NCBI RefSeq assembly: GCF_021869535.1 | Contig: NW_026262690.1 | Location: forward strand, 53,258,001-53,322,000 | Source of the DNA: Mytilus californianus | Lineage: Eukaryota | Direction: 5' to 3' | Length of the DNA: 64,000 nucleotides | Part shown: positions 51,475-64,000 of the stretch, in pieces | Position numbering within the stretch: position 1 is the first letter of the stretch | How the letters are laid out: every line of letters begins with the position of its first letter | Position numbers and translations under genes: made by a program | The notes under the pieces: model-generated | Told to the model about the DNA's origin: nothing | The model's input: the letters and a program-made list of their open reading frames with translations, nothing else | The model's database searches: none

Positions 51475-52030
51475 TATAAGAAGATGTGGTATGAGTGCCA
51501 ATGAGACAACTCTCCATCCAAGTCACAATTTGTAAAAGTAAACCATTATAAGTCAAAGTACGGCCTTCAACACGAAGCCTTGGTTCATACCGTACAGCAA
51601 GCTATAAAGGGCACAAACAAAAATTACTAGTTTAAAAAATGAAAACAACACGTCATAAATTTCATGCGTCTGAAGCGCTTTTCTGGATTTACCTTCATTC
51701 AAACAGGAAAACCAACGGTCTAATCTATATAAAAAACGAGAAACGAGAAACACTTATGAACCACATCAACAAACGACAACCACTGAACATCAGGTTCCTG
51801 ACTTAGGACAGGTGCAAACAAATGCAGCGGGTTTAAACGTTTTAATAGTCGCCAACCTTCACCCTAACCTGAAACAATAGTGTAACATCACAACATAGAA
51901 AGACACACTATAAAATATCAATTGAAATGGCTTAACTCAATCAAAAGACATATTAACAAAAACAAGTGAATATACACTGAACGAATAAATTTGATCTATG
52001 ACACAATGTAAATACATACTCATAAAACAT
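51475..52030 (+). repeat. Family R1 long copy with an inserted hammerhead half-cassette
   Basis: R1 body interrupted at about 51650-51700 by GCGTCTGAAGCGCTTTTCTGGATTTACCTTCAT. Confidence 0.7.
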
Positions 52031-53448
52031 AGAGTAAATACAACGTTGGAGTCTCAGCGTTCTTTCTATCGAATTAACCCATTTTAAGTAACAATTTAAT
52101 ACATCTTGAGTTATAAATTTCGGATAGCTGTCGGTTTGTCTCGTAATTTTAGCTTAAGAATGATGATAATACCCCTGAAGACAAACATTTATCAGCTTTC
52201 GTATTGATTTATCATTGGGAATGTAACATGAAAAGCTGTCCTGAGAAATCACACTTCAAAATGGAATAATTACTTTTTTTCTTCTTTCTGGACAGTTATA
52301 TGTCAAGTTAAGTACAATTATGTTACTCCAGAATGAAATGTTTTAGGAAAAAGTATCACCAGATAATGTTCAATATATATACATTGTATGTTTGTGTGGG
52401 TGTTGGTGTGTGTTTATGGTTCTGGTACTTATTCCCAAGGTCTTTCTTTTGTTCAAATTTACGTTTGTTGGTGATTAAGGTTTGAATGAACTCAAAGAAA
52501 GGAAACCATATTGAGCTGAAAATGTATCTGCAGTCACTCTTGATATCAAAAGATATCTTATCATAGACTTATTTCAATTTTATATACTGTGTAGTATGTT
52601 TCTGCGTCAGGTGTAAAATAGTAGATTATACACTGATTTAAAAAATATGTGATTTCTATGTACGTGTAAAAAGGGGATATAAGGAAATACCTCCGATATC
52701 ATATGATAGGTAACGAAATACTGATTCCAAACATACACAATCGCTAGGTAGTTTTTTTGCGAAATAAGGAAGATATTTAGCTTCATCCGGTTTAAAAAAA
52801 GTCTCTTCAGGTGTCAAATGAAGCCAACTTAACTCTGATTTGTAACGAATGTGTGGTTCTTATGTACTTATGCTGGAAAGATGGAACATAATTCGCTACT
52901 TTTGGTTTTTATATTGGAACTGCCTGTGTCATAAAGATTACAATAAAAAACCACTGAGTAAAATGGGCGCAGTTATCCAATATGAAGAGTATGGCAAATC
53001 CTGATTGGTCGTTGTGTGGACCGGATGTTTGTTTTTAAACTATCGAGATTGGATACAACTTATAATCCACAGGTTACTATTTCAGAATCCGTTTCTCTAA
53101 TGATTATCAAATAAATTGTTGTTTTTGATAAACGAAAATCCCCTTCGAGTGCATTCCACATTCCGGATTTCTACGTCATTCAAATATAAGATGTCAATTT
53201 CTCGAACATCTATTAGCACATTTTTATCGAGAGAGCGGATAAAGGTTGTGACCTTTTTAACTTAGCCAATCAGCTTCCGAAATCATCGGCAGCAACACTT
53301 TGTGAAATTTTTTAAACAACGGGCCAAGAAAGGGGTTAAATTACCACAAAATTAGAAAACATGATTTGATGTATTAATTTTTTTCTTTAAGAATCGAGTA
53401 ATACTATCTTCATTCCACATTTGTTTACCGTTTCGTTCATCACGCCCA

Positions 53449-53494
53449 CCCCCCCCCCCCCCCTCCCCCCCCCCCCCCCACACACACACACACA
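53449..53494. repeat. Poly-C tract followed by (CA)n
   Basis: Direct reading. Confidence 0.95.
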
Positions 53495-54084
53495 TGCGCT
53501 GGGCGGTTGCCGAATTTCTAACGCAACAAGCGTAAAGAGGATTAAAATTACTCTCCCGCACCGTCAATAACCAGAAGGCGCTCTCTTCATCGTTTTATAA
53601 GGCCAGTGTTTGTATCAAAACGTACTGATGCAGATACAAACTTACTGCACAAACCCAGAGGTTTTTTGCCTCAGGTAATTGATAAATCAATATTAAGAGT
53701 GAGAACAAGAACCCTTTAAGGTCCTTGATATAACTCGTTCCGGTTGAAAAAATATTAGCCCAAACAGTATTTGTGTTTATGATAAGGTTTATTCTATAAA
53801 CAATATTTTGTATTAATAAATTAATACGAACGAATAAAACCAGTGAAATTTATCAAAACAAAAGAAGTGCCGTAAAAATAGACAGTAGAACAGCTTCTGT
53901 TAATGGAGAATATGTATCCCGGATGAAACAATGATCTTGATTGGGCTTGTATTTTTTGCAACACGATCATTGCCATAGGTGAAGCTGGAACTGTTGCGGT
54001 TATATTAGTTTTAAGGTGGGTAAAAAAAACAACAAATACACCGTTGATAAAATAAAAATGGACTTTTTGAGTAACAACATATTT

Positions 54085-54633
54085 GCTGTACTCATATGAA
54101 GTATAATTCATACAGAGCCTTGTCAAAGGCAAAAAGAAACATCATCTTGCAAACTTCTATAATTTAACTTTCAAGTGTATCGATGATGTCATGTTACTGT
54201 ATTACCCACATTTCAGTGAATGGTGCATCTCATATACATCCCAGTGAACTTATAAGGATCACAGAAACTAAAGGAACTAGAAGGTCTACTTCATATCTTC
54301 ATACGTACTCGATATTAAAACAGACAGACGACTTCAAACAAGAATCTATGACAAACGTGATGATTTCAACTTTCCTATTGTCAGCTTCCCATTTCTCAGC
54401 AGTAACATACCCTCTGCCTCATCGTATGGTATATTCAAATCTCGATGAATATGTAGCAATCGTGCATGTTCACACTATAAGACTCCATAAACAGGGATGT
54501 GATCCTTACACAAAAGCTGATCCAACATATCTATGAGGAAACCTTCACAAGTTTTACAGTCGCCAACACGAATTGGTTGACCGATACGATGTTTCTGTGT
54601 CAACTTACTAGCGACATGTTTTCATACTCTTAG
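54085..54633 (+). mobile_element. Penelope-like element RT fragment (pseudogenised)
   Basis: Frameshifted translation LYSYE..FIQSL..FKCIDDV..HPSEL..TSYL..YDKRDDFNFPIVSFPFLSSNIP; typical PLE RT palm/thumb with stops. Confidence 0.8.
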
Positions 54634-55419
54634 ATGATTGGGTAGCAAGTCATTTCGTACCTTCACCATTTCGTACCACTGCCATTTCGTACCCACAATT
54701 ATCATTTCACACCCAACATTTACCAATTCGTACCCATGATAAAAACCATTTCGTACCCTATGGGCCAAATGCATCTACCATTTCGTTACTAATGGACAAA
54801 ATACATGTTTACTATTTCGTATCATATATTTGTAAAAGTCCACATTTTTTTAAGATATAAAACATTTTGAGATGATTTTATTTATTTCTAAATAAACATA
54901 AATAAAATGCATCCTGTCGTCGAAATTTTATAAAGACCGATGATTGGTTTGATTAAGCAGCACTTGGAAACTTTAAAAGTTTTAATTACACTTTGTTTGT
55001 TTGCAGGATTTATCCTTAATTGATTTTTTAACTCTAAAAACAAGAGGTTAATTAACCAACAAAGGAATAATTATCTGCAACTGTTTTTATAGTTATTAAC
55101 AGTTGTTTTGTCAGGAAATGCAATGAAAAGGGACACAAACTGATATTCACCCAAGAAGGAAGCCATGGATAAAAATGTTTGCATAATAATTTGCACCTTA
55201 TGTGACCAATCAAAGAACTTTTTCAATATGAGAAATTACAAGTTCATCTATTTGGTATCCTTATATCTAAACTTTTAATTTCAAAAACGTTTGGTAGATA
55301 TCTTTTTTTTTAATGTGTATTATATATTTTCTAAAGGTTTTTTTTTAAATTCATGCATATGATATATACATTTAGGTTGAACTACACCTTCCGATAATCA
55401 ATTGAATATATTAATATTC

Positions 55420-58400
55420 AGGCACACATCACAATTTCAAATGACACGTGCAATATACTGTGAATCATGCTACTGCTGGTGGCATATCAAATGTGCAAAC
55501 ATCACCCCAACAGATTATAAGATGTGGGGCAATACTGACGATCCATGGGTATGTCCAGAGTGCAACTCGTTTCACTTCAACGACTCCTTTTTCAACAATT
55601 CCTATGAGAACAATAGTAATGAGGAAAACTCTTTCTTCTCACTTTCATCATCACTTACTTACCAAAATGATACATCAGCGAGTGATGAAAATAATCAATC
55701 ACAAAGTGAAAGTGATGTATTTGACCAACTCAGAGAACTTAAAAAGAGACATCCAATGCATTCACCTGTGCATACTTAAATATAATTAGCCTAAGGCATA
55801 AATTTTGCTTTATTGAAGATTTACTATCATCTAGTCTAGTTGAAATGTTATTTATTTCTGAAACAAAAAAATAGACAGTTCTTTTCCAGATGCTCAGTTT
55901 CGTGTAAATGACTATCATTTTTGGAGAGCGGATAGAAACCAGAACGGGGAGGACTTGTCGCATATGCTCGATCAGATCTGGTATGTGACAGGAAGTGTAA
56001 TTTAGAATTTAACTCAGTAGAATCAATTTGTGTAGACATATTTGTCAATAATAGAAAATGGCTGATAACAGGCTTATATAGACTACCATCTATGTCAAAT
56101 TCAGAATTTAGCAAAGACTTTATAGATACCTTTGACAAAGCTTCAACAAAATATGATAATATTTTAATGTTAGGAGATCTCATTTATGATATGCTAGTAA
56201 ACGAGAAAAGTAATACTTTAAGAGAGGCCTGTGATGTTTGTGATTTAACAAATCTGGTCCATGAACCTACATGTCATACTAAGGGGAATAATCCAAGTCT
56301 GATAGATGTTGTACTGACAAATAAATCTAGTTTATGTATGAATATAAGAAATTTTAATACTGGTCTAAGTGATGTACACAATATGACCAGTGTACAGATA
56401 AAGGGTCAAATTTCAAATAAGACCACAGAGTATAAAACGTATAGAAGCTTTAAAAAATTAGACCAAGAAAATTTTATTGCAGACTTAGAAAATATTGAAT
56501 TCTCTAGAATAATAGATCAAGATGATATAAATCAGGCATATTCAGATTTTGAAAAGACTGTGGTAAATGTTTTAGACCATCATGCTCTCTTGAAGAAAAG
56601 AAAACAATGTAAACAACCTGCACCATTTATGAACCAGGAACTACGAAAAGCAGTGTACAAAAAAAGACAACTGTACAACAGGTATAACAAACAAAAATCA
56701 AGTAATAACTGGGAACTCTATAGACAACAGAGAAATCTAGTTAATAAAATAAAGAAAAAACCCATTAAAACATACTTTTATGAACGCTTCATAGGCGGAC
56801 CAAAAACATCTGATTTCTGGCCAACTATAAAACCTTTCATTACAAACAAAGGCAACAACTTCACAAAAAATATAATTTTTATGTGATGAAGAAACTATAA
56901 TAAGTGACCAAAAGAAAGTAGCAGAACACTTCAATGATTTTTTTATAAATGTGGTAAAGATATTGGCAACAATACACCTGCTAATAATAACCATCCAAGT
57001 GTTACAAAAATACACGAAAACAAAACTGCCACACAAAAACTAGAATTTAGTGCCATCTCAAATGAATTTGTAGACAAACAACTTAAAAATTTAAACATAA
57101 AAAAGGCAACAGGAATAGATGGCATCTCAGTTAAAGTCCTAAAACTAGCACAACCAGTTATAACAAAACCAATAACTGAATTAATAAACAAGACTATAAA
57201 ATCAGCCACTTTTCCAGACCAACTAAAACAGGCACAAGTTGTACCATTACACAAAAAGAACAATGTACTTGATGTGGGCAACCATAGACCAGTAAGTATA
57301 CTTCCAGTTATTTCAAAATTTTTCGAACGAGCAATTTACAACCAGCTAGTTGAATACTTCAATACACACTTTCATCCATACTTATCTGTTTTTCGACCAA
57401 AATACGGATGTCAAACTACTCTACTCCGAATCATTGAGGACATGAAAATGGCACTTGATCAAAATAAGTTTATTGGATCAATAATAATGGATCTATCTAA
57501 GGCGTTCGACTGTCTTCCTCACGATCTTTTGCTGCTTAAGCTTGAAGCTTATGGTCTTTCAACTTCCTCTTTAGAACTGATAAAAAATTACTTATCCAAG
57601 AGGAAACAATGTGTTCGAGTTGGCTTTAGTCTGAGCCATTGGCAAAATATATACAAAGGAGTACCACAAGGTTGTATTCTTGGTCCTATACTTTTCAACA
57701 TCTTCTTAAATGATATCTTTCACTTCACCACACACAGTTCACTTTACAATTATGCTGAGGACAATACACTTTCTTATGCAAATAGAGATATAAACACAGT
57801 TATTTCCACATTTGAAAAAGACAGTTTGGCTCTGATAGACTGGTTCTCTTCCAATCAAATGAAGGCAAAACCTGAAAATTATCAAGCTTTGGCAATTGGC
57901 AAAAAAACAATGAGCAAAAACATTACATTTTATCTGGCAGGTAACAAAATAAAATGTGAAAAAGAGGTCAAACGATTAGGCATCACCATTGACTTTGAAC
58001 TAAATTTCAACACACATATATCAAACATCTGCAAACAATCATCCAGACAACTAAATGTCTTAAAAGACTTGGCAAATACTTGAATAAACTTGGAAAATTA
58101 ACAATTATATATCACTCTTTTATTATGTCAAACTTTAATTTCTGCTCATTGTCCTGGTATTTCTGCTGCGAGGCAAACACTACAAAAATTGAAAAAGTAC
58201 AAGAAAGAGCACTCCGCTTCATTTACCAGGATTACAATAGCACATATGAAGACTTACTTTTAAAATAAAAAATGCCATCACTTAAAGTAAGACGCCTAAG
58301 AACCATGGCAATAGAGGTATTTAGAACTTTTTTGTGTTTATTTGCTTAGCTTTTTATAATTTGTTATTGCTGTGCTTTATTTTTTATGCTGCCTTTAGCT

Positions 58401-58616
58401 TAGTGTTCATGCATGAATAAAATACATAGTATTTAAATTAGTTCAGCCTAAATTTGTATGAATTGTATGTTCTATGTCTTTTATGTTTTAATATATTAGT
58501 ATTGTGTATGATTATTGAGTAAATGTATGTATTTGTCAGTTATAAAAACTCAAAGAGCTTATGTTTATTTGTTATGTGACATGCCGACTATAAATAAAGC
58601 TTTGAATTGAATTCAA
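55420..58616 (+). mobile_element. CR1/L2-group LINE (PHD-APE-RT), dead and 5'-truncated
   Basis: PHD half YCESC..WHIKC..WVCPEC; APE motifs GDLI, EPTC, LIDVVL, SDVH; RT motifs RPVSILP, MDLSKAFD, GVPQGCILGP, YAED (57751-57762); frameshifts near 56885-56980; AATAAA plus TTGAA repeats at the 3' end. Confidence 0.93.
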
Positions 58617-58920
58617 TAAAAAAATATAATCCAATTAAATAGAATGCTACCTTTTTAAAACATAATACGCCAGTAAGGCGCGTGTCTTTAGTTACAAGTT
58701 TATACCAAAGTAAAAAAATCAAAGTTATCGGCAGAGATGTGAACTGTTACTAAAGCGCTAGCTAAAATTTGAAATAAATATCTTAAAAACAAAGTTTTAC
58801 ATATTTCAAAAAATTTCGTTTATTGACTTTTATTTTTATATAATATCTCATTGGTGCTCGTGACCTCTAACGCCTCACAGTAAAAAGTCATTGAGACTGT
58901 TTTAACCAAGAAATGAAACA

Positions 58921-59190
58921 CATATAAATCTTCCACGAGTTACGAAGTGGCATACATACAAACCTTCAATGAGGTATGAAATGGCATACATACAAATCTT
59001 CCATGAGGCACGAAATGGTATACATATAAATCTTCCATAAGGTACGAAATGGCGCACATCAATGAGATAGTTTTTACCAAGAATTCAAAATCATATAAAT
59101 CTTCCATGAAGTACGAAATGGCATACATATAAATCTTACATGAGGTACGAAATGGTATACATGTATATATTCCATGAGGTACGAAATGGT
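58921..59190. repeat. 34-bp minisatellite (about 7 copies) carrying GGTACGAAATGG
   Basis: CATATAAATCTTCCATGAGGTACGAAATGGCATA units at 58921, 58955, 58989, 59023 and onward. Confidence 0.85.
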
Positions 59191-61811
59191 CAAGGTACGA
59201 TATGGTCAGGGTACGATATGGTCAGGGTTCGAAATGGTTTTGCCAGGATACGAAATGATTAGGGTACGAAATGACTATAATTCGATATTTAAATAGCATT
59301 GTAGTCGTCTGACCTTTAAATTTACCGATTGTGTCATATTCTCGGTTGTGACAATTTGACTGAGTGTAGATTCGCATGCAAAACAGGAGACCGGTCTCGT
59401 TACTTAATCTGAATTATAAATGGATTTATGAGATTTGTAAATCGGTCAACTACTGTTGCCACTGATTCATATCTAGGTTTTCCCTCTTGAGGGACCACTG
59501 AAATGAAAGAGCTTTGATAAACCCGGTGATTTTTTCATTTGTCAATGGCTTAATCTCAAAGGATAATCATACCATCTTCCAAAGTATCTTACGATTACGT
59601 ATCTTACAAAAATGTAGTTGATAAGATACTCAAGAGATTGTTACATGCTGTCTATTTAACTACCAGGACACTACTCAGGCAAGACATTGTCAGTTTGTTT
59701 TCGACTTTGAGTTTGAATATCCCTTTGGTATCTTTCGCCTCTCTTTTGCAGAATCTATCATTCCACGATTATTTCGTATTCTCTTGCTATCATGAATCTG
59801 TTTACTATTAAAGTGCCACAGTTATTTATTACAACTTAAAGCTGTCAAACATTAGTAATATATTTTGATCTTAACCAATCATAAAGATTTAAGCAATGAG
59901 AATTTAAGTCATGTGCAGTGTTAGAAAAGTTTATCTTCATCAGTTTGGTAAATTACTCACTGTTCAGACCCTATGAATACTATCAATTAAGATATGTTTA
60001 CTTGCATCACAAGAGCGTTCGGTACCTGTGTTATAGACCTGTTAAAATCAAAATATATGGATTGGGGAAGCAAATTCGATTTTCACATCAAGGAAATAGT
60101 CACAGGAAACCCAATGATTAAGGTATAATTTGCAGTTGTCATTACATCTTAATATAAATTCGTAGTGATCGTATGCTAAAAATAGAATCCTGCATATATA
60201 ATAATGAGACGAGTAGATGCGTATCCCTGTACACTTGGAAATACGTCGTGTTTTATGATTAGTCGTCACTGTTCAATACATACAAGAAAGTAACACCTCC
60301 CGAAACGAAAGCTGGTATATAGTTAGCTATAGATAGAGATAGGCGGCGTTGCCATAAAAGTTGGAGGAAACAAGTACAGGTTCCAGACCCGATTGCGGAG
60401 GACGAACATAATCAGATATACTCACAAAAAACTTATAACTATTATTATTTTTCAATGCAAATGGGATGAATACTGTTGACATATTTTTTTAAAACCATAA
60501 CCCTTCTGTAAAAGTAAATAATATGCATCTATGGATATGATTTATCAATTACTTCTATTCCTGGTTTTCATTTACTAAAATACAATTACAGGTAGCTTTA
60601 CAATATAGTATTTAGTACTAGTCTGTTAAGAGCAAAACTATAATATGTAACTGTAACGAAAACATTATCTGTGAATTATACTATATTATGACTATGTTTG
60701 GTATTAATTAATTATTAAATATTTACATAGTTCATCTAACACTTACGACGTCTTTTACATGCATTGATTGGCAATCTTCTGAGATGTATCATTATAAGTT
60801 AAGTCATATATTGATGGAATTAGATACAACAAAAACCATATAGCTTGGATGTTTGTTGAGAAGTTTGACGTCGTTAACACTAAATGCTAAATTAAGCAAT
60901 CAGGAAGATTTCACCACATCACGTGATATTCCAGAAAATATTTAAGTCCAAAGAAGTGTGGAAATTGAAAAGACAAAAGAGATAATATTAACTACTATGG
61001 TAAGTTCAATTTTTATATTTAACGAATATTTTATTTCAATTGAACTTATTATTTTACCTCATATACAAAAATACCCCGCTATTACAGGTTTTGAAAGATG
61101 AAACGTTTTAGGTAAGAATTATTCATATCGATTCATAACTTCAAATATACTAGTTGTTTTTAAATAGTTAACGATCAGAGTTATAGTATATTTGAAATGA
61201 CTAGTAAGGCCTCGAATGCGAAACCATTCACTATGCATGATCTTTTAACAAAAACAGGTAAACATATCTGTTTTCGACTCATCACTATAAATGATGAATG
61301 AAAGATGATTTATAAATATTATAATTAATATCGAATTTAGTTTTAGTTTTTGTCGTTTATTGGTAAACAAAGGGATTTTTTTCTTCTGTTTAAAAATCAA
61401 TGAACTCTTTGATGGTAACGTTAATTTCTACGACAGTCCGTGTATGACCAACCAAGATTTTTTTTTATCGAATACCATTTTTGCTATTCATATGAGAGAT
61501 GTTCATTCGTATTCATAAGCAATCACATAATTCGAGAGAAACATTTCCAAAATTTGAAACCATCTATTGAATATTGAAAAAATTGACATTACAGGTTCTG
61601 GAATTTATTTTCTAGGAATTGAATTCGCTATCAAAGATTAAACATGTTACCTATGATTTATTTGCATCTTGGATTAAAACCGAGACTACGGACTTTAAAT
61701 GTTCTGCAAACAAATTGATCAAGTATGATACGAAATACGTAAAAGCATTCAAAGGTCATAGGAATAATTACTGAAATAGAAATTATATTCAAATGAATTG
61801 TTTAACTATGA

Positions 61812-62220
61812 ATAAACTCATCATAGATACCAGGATTAAAATATTGTACGCAAGACGCGCGTTTCGTTATCAAAAGACTAACCAGTGACACTCGAATCAA
61901 AAAGGATAAAAGGATAAAATAAAGTACGAAGTTGAAGAGCATTGATGACCCAAAATTCAAAAAGGTTTTGTCAAATGCATCTAAGGTTATCTATTCCTGG
62001 GATAGCAAATTCTAAGAATTTCAAAAATTTCAAATATTTGTAATCAGTTAATTAAAAATTATGACCATATCAATGATAACCCATGTCAACACAGAAGTGT
62101 TGACTACTCGGTTGCTGATACCCTCGGAGAGGAAACGCCCACAAGCAGTGGCACCGAGTGGTTTAAAATAAACTCATCATAGATACCAGATTTAGAATTG
62201 TGTATGCCAGACGCGCGATC
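61812..62220 (-). mobile_element. Penelope-like terminal repeat remnant with decayed hammerhead cassettes
   Basis: Minus strand CTGGTTA-GTCTTTTGATAAC-GAA-ACGCGCGT-C; the AAACTCATCATAGATAC head recurs at about 50166 and 62170. Confidence 0.6.
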
Positions 62221-64000
62221 CTAGATGCCCAACAATGACACATTTTATTCCTTGTTGGGGCTTTTCGTCATTCAAAGGCAAACTAATGGTTTTTCGGTCT
62301 TATTAGATTCACCCACATGTATTCCCGAAAATAAAAATATAAATGAAAAAGATAAACTTACATAAGACGTGTTTTCGTATGTTTAATATTGTGTTACTAA
62401 TGTTTCTGTTTAAATAATGTGGTAGTTGCTGTTTGCTTATAAATGAATTTTATCACAAGAAAAAACTTCAGAAACTAAAAATATATCATATTAAAGCATG
62501 TAATCCTTAAAATATATCAAGAACAAAAACGAATATAAAACTGTATTCGCTTGTTTGTGTTTGCCCGTTGTCCTTCGTAAACATGTAAGTAAACTCATGA
62601 AAAATACCAGGCTTAAAAGTTTGTTCGCCAGACAAACATTTTGCGTGCATTTCTAAAACTCATGAGATCAAACGCGTACAACTTCTCAATTTGATGATTG
62701 CATAAATTTGTACTCTCTGAACGATATTATAAATAGTCAAAACGTTGATACTTTTTTAATATCGGTTTTTAAACTTATGACTATAATTAATCAACCACTT
62801 GATTCTCTGAAATATACTGAACAGATCAAATTTTCCTGCAATGGAAAGTCTCAAGCGTTCTATACAAAGGATATTTTGAATCCACTTCAATGAGACAGTG
62901 AAACAACACCACAAAACAAAATATATTACTTAGGTTGATTGATTGATGTTTTTGCACATACTCAAGCATATTCATGGTGAGAAAAAGTTGAACAACACAT
63001 CAAGTAGTAGGATCTTCAAAGTTGGTCATCAGAAAGCGAGTTCAATTATAATCAGTTAAAACTACAGCTTGATTTCGTGGTAAATATGGAGTTTTATTTT
63101 GTTGTTGTCAATAATTCATGTAGTATTGATGCAAACTGCATAAAATTTATTAAATCGGTCTCTATATTAGATTTGTAGGGAAGTATAAAGTTGAACGACT
63201 GTTCAAAGCCAAATAAAACCGAAAGTTTCTTTGTAAGTTATCTAAAACAGTTATTATTTTGGTACTGATAAGCTAACCAATATAATCGTTATTTGGAAAC
63301 TTATTTACTGGTTTATTATTCTTATTTCATATTTCGATTATATGTACGGAAATCAAGTACTAGATAATCGAGAAACCAATGAGTTTAAGTCAGTACAATT
63401 GTAAAAAAATGAGAAGCTTACAAATTATTTAACTTTTTTCCTAATTAGCGACGCTTATGGCCACCAATTGGGATGCTATTTTACATTAACGCCTATAGAA
63501 AACATTTGTCTACCAATAATATGTAATAAAAATCTTTTTTGTGTATTTCTGAATTAGTTGATACAGATTATTTTTGAAGTTTTTTTGAAAACCCTACTAT
63601 ATATTGGTCATTTGATTGTTATAGAAAAATCAATGTTGACTTTAAAACGTTTTTTTGCCGTATTTTACACATTGGTAAGGCATTTTCTCAGAACACACTA
63701 CAGGAAAATTCAGTAAATGGATCGATAAAGCATATAATGTACATGAATGAAAAAAAGCTTTCGTGTGCACACTACGAAAACATATAACGATCATTTGAGG
63801 TTACTGGAAGAGAAAGCGGATCCAACCTTTCAAGTTCACCTGTTGTTTTGATCCTGACTAGTAAAAAATAGGTAATGCATCGGAAATATGAAATAAGAAT
63901 AATAAACCAGTGAACTAGAGAATTATTCTTATCTATGTTTTGTTTTAGTTTCTTTATTTGGCTTAGTAGCTTTATCTTGATAATTTTGCTGTTATTGACG

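Larger units (their letters stand above)
54648..59276. mobile_element. Inverted-repeat-bounded DNA element with sub-terminal CATTTCGTACC arrays
   Basis: Perfect 14-bp inverted ends AGTCATTTCGTACC (54648-54661) and GGTACGAAATGACT (59263-59276); about 7 motif copies on the left, many inverted copies on the right. Confidence 0.7.

Noticed and set aside
55402-58268. ORFs 55402, 56092, 57274 and 58080 as host genes
   Set aside because: They are fragments of one frameshifted LINE ORF2 with a mutated catalytic motif.
60997-61257. Possible fifth cluster gene starting at actactATG|gtaagt (60997-60999)
   Set aside because: The nearest exon (61088-61111) gives MVLKDETF*, the in-frame alternative (61179-61257) is not EF-hand-like, and I found no calmodulin exon before 64000. 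It could be the 5' end of an unrelated gene, but that is unsupported here.

Overview
AT-rich, intron-rich eukaryotic DNA. The repeat families suggest a mollusc, most likely a mytilid mussel (inference only). The first 42 kb hold a head-to-tail (+ strand) cluster of four calmodulin-family genes sharing one five-exon architecture: ATG-only exon, 28-37 nt, 144 nt, 243 nt, 26-29 nt, with GT-AG introns in phases 0,1,1,1. Genes 1 and 3 are near-canonical 149-aa calmodulins with four intact EF-hands. Genes 2 and 4 are divergent calmodulin-like proteins that have degenerated in opposite lobes (gene 2 N-lobe, gene 4 C-lobe). The rest is transposon debris: non-autonomous Helitrons and Helentron/HINE-like elements, MITEs, Penelope-like remnants with hammerhead cassettes (one with an intact core at 43621-43662), a dead CR1/L2-group LINE nested in an inverted-repeat element that abuts a Penelope-like RT fragment, minisatellites, and one 152-N assembly gap. 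Exon coordinates were read by hand; ATG-only first exons are the least certain, and many repeat boundaries are approximate.
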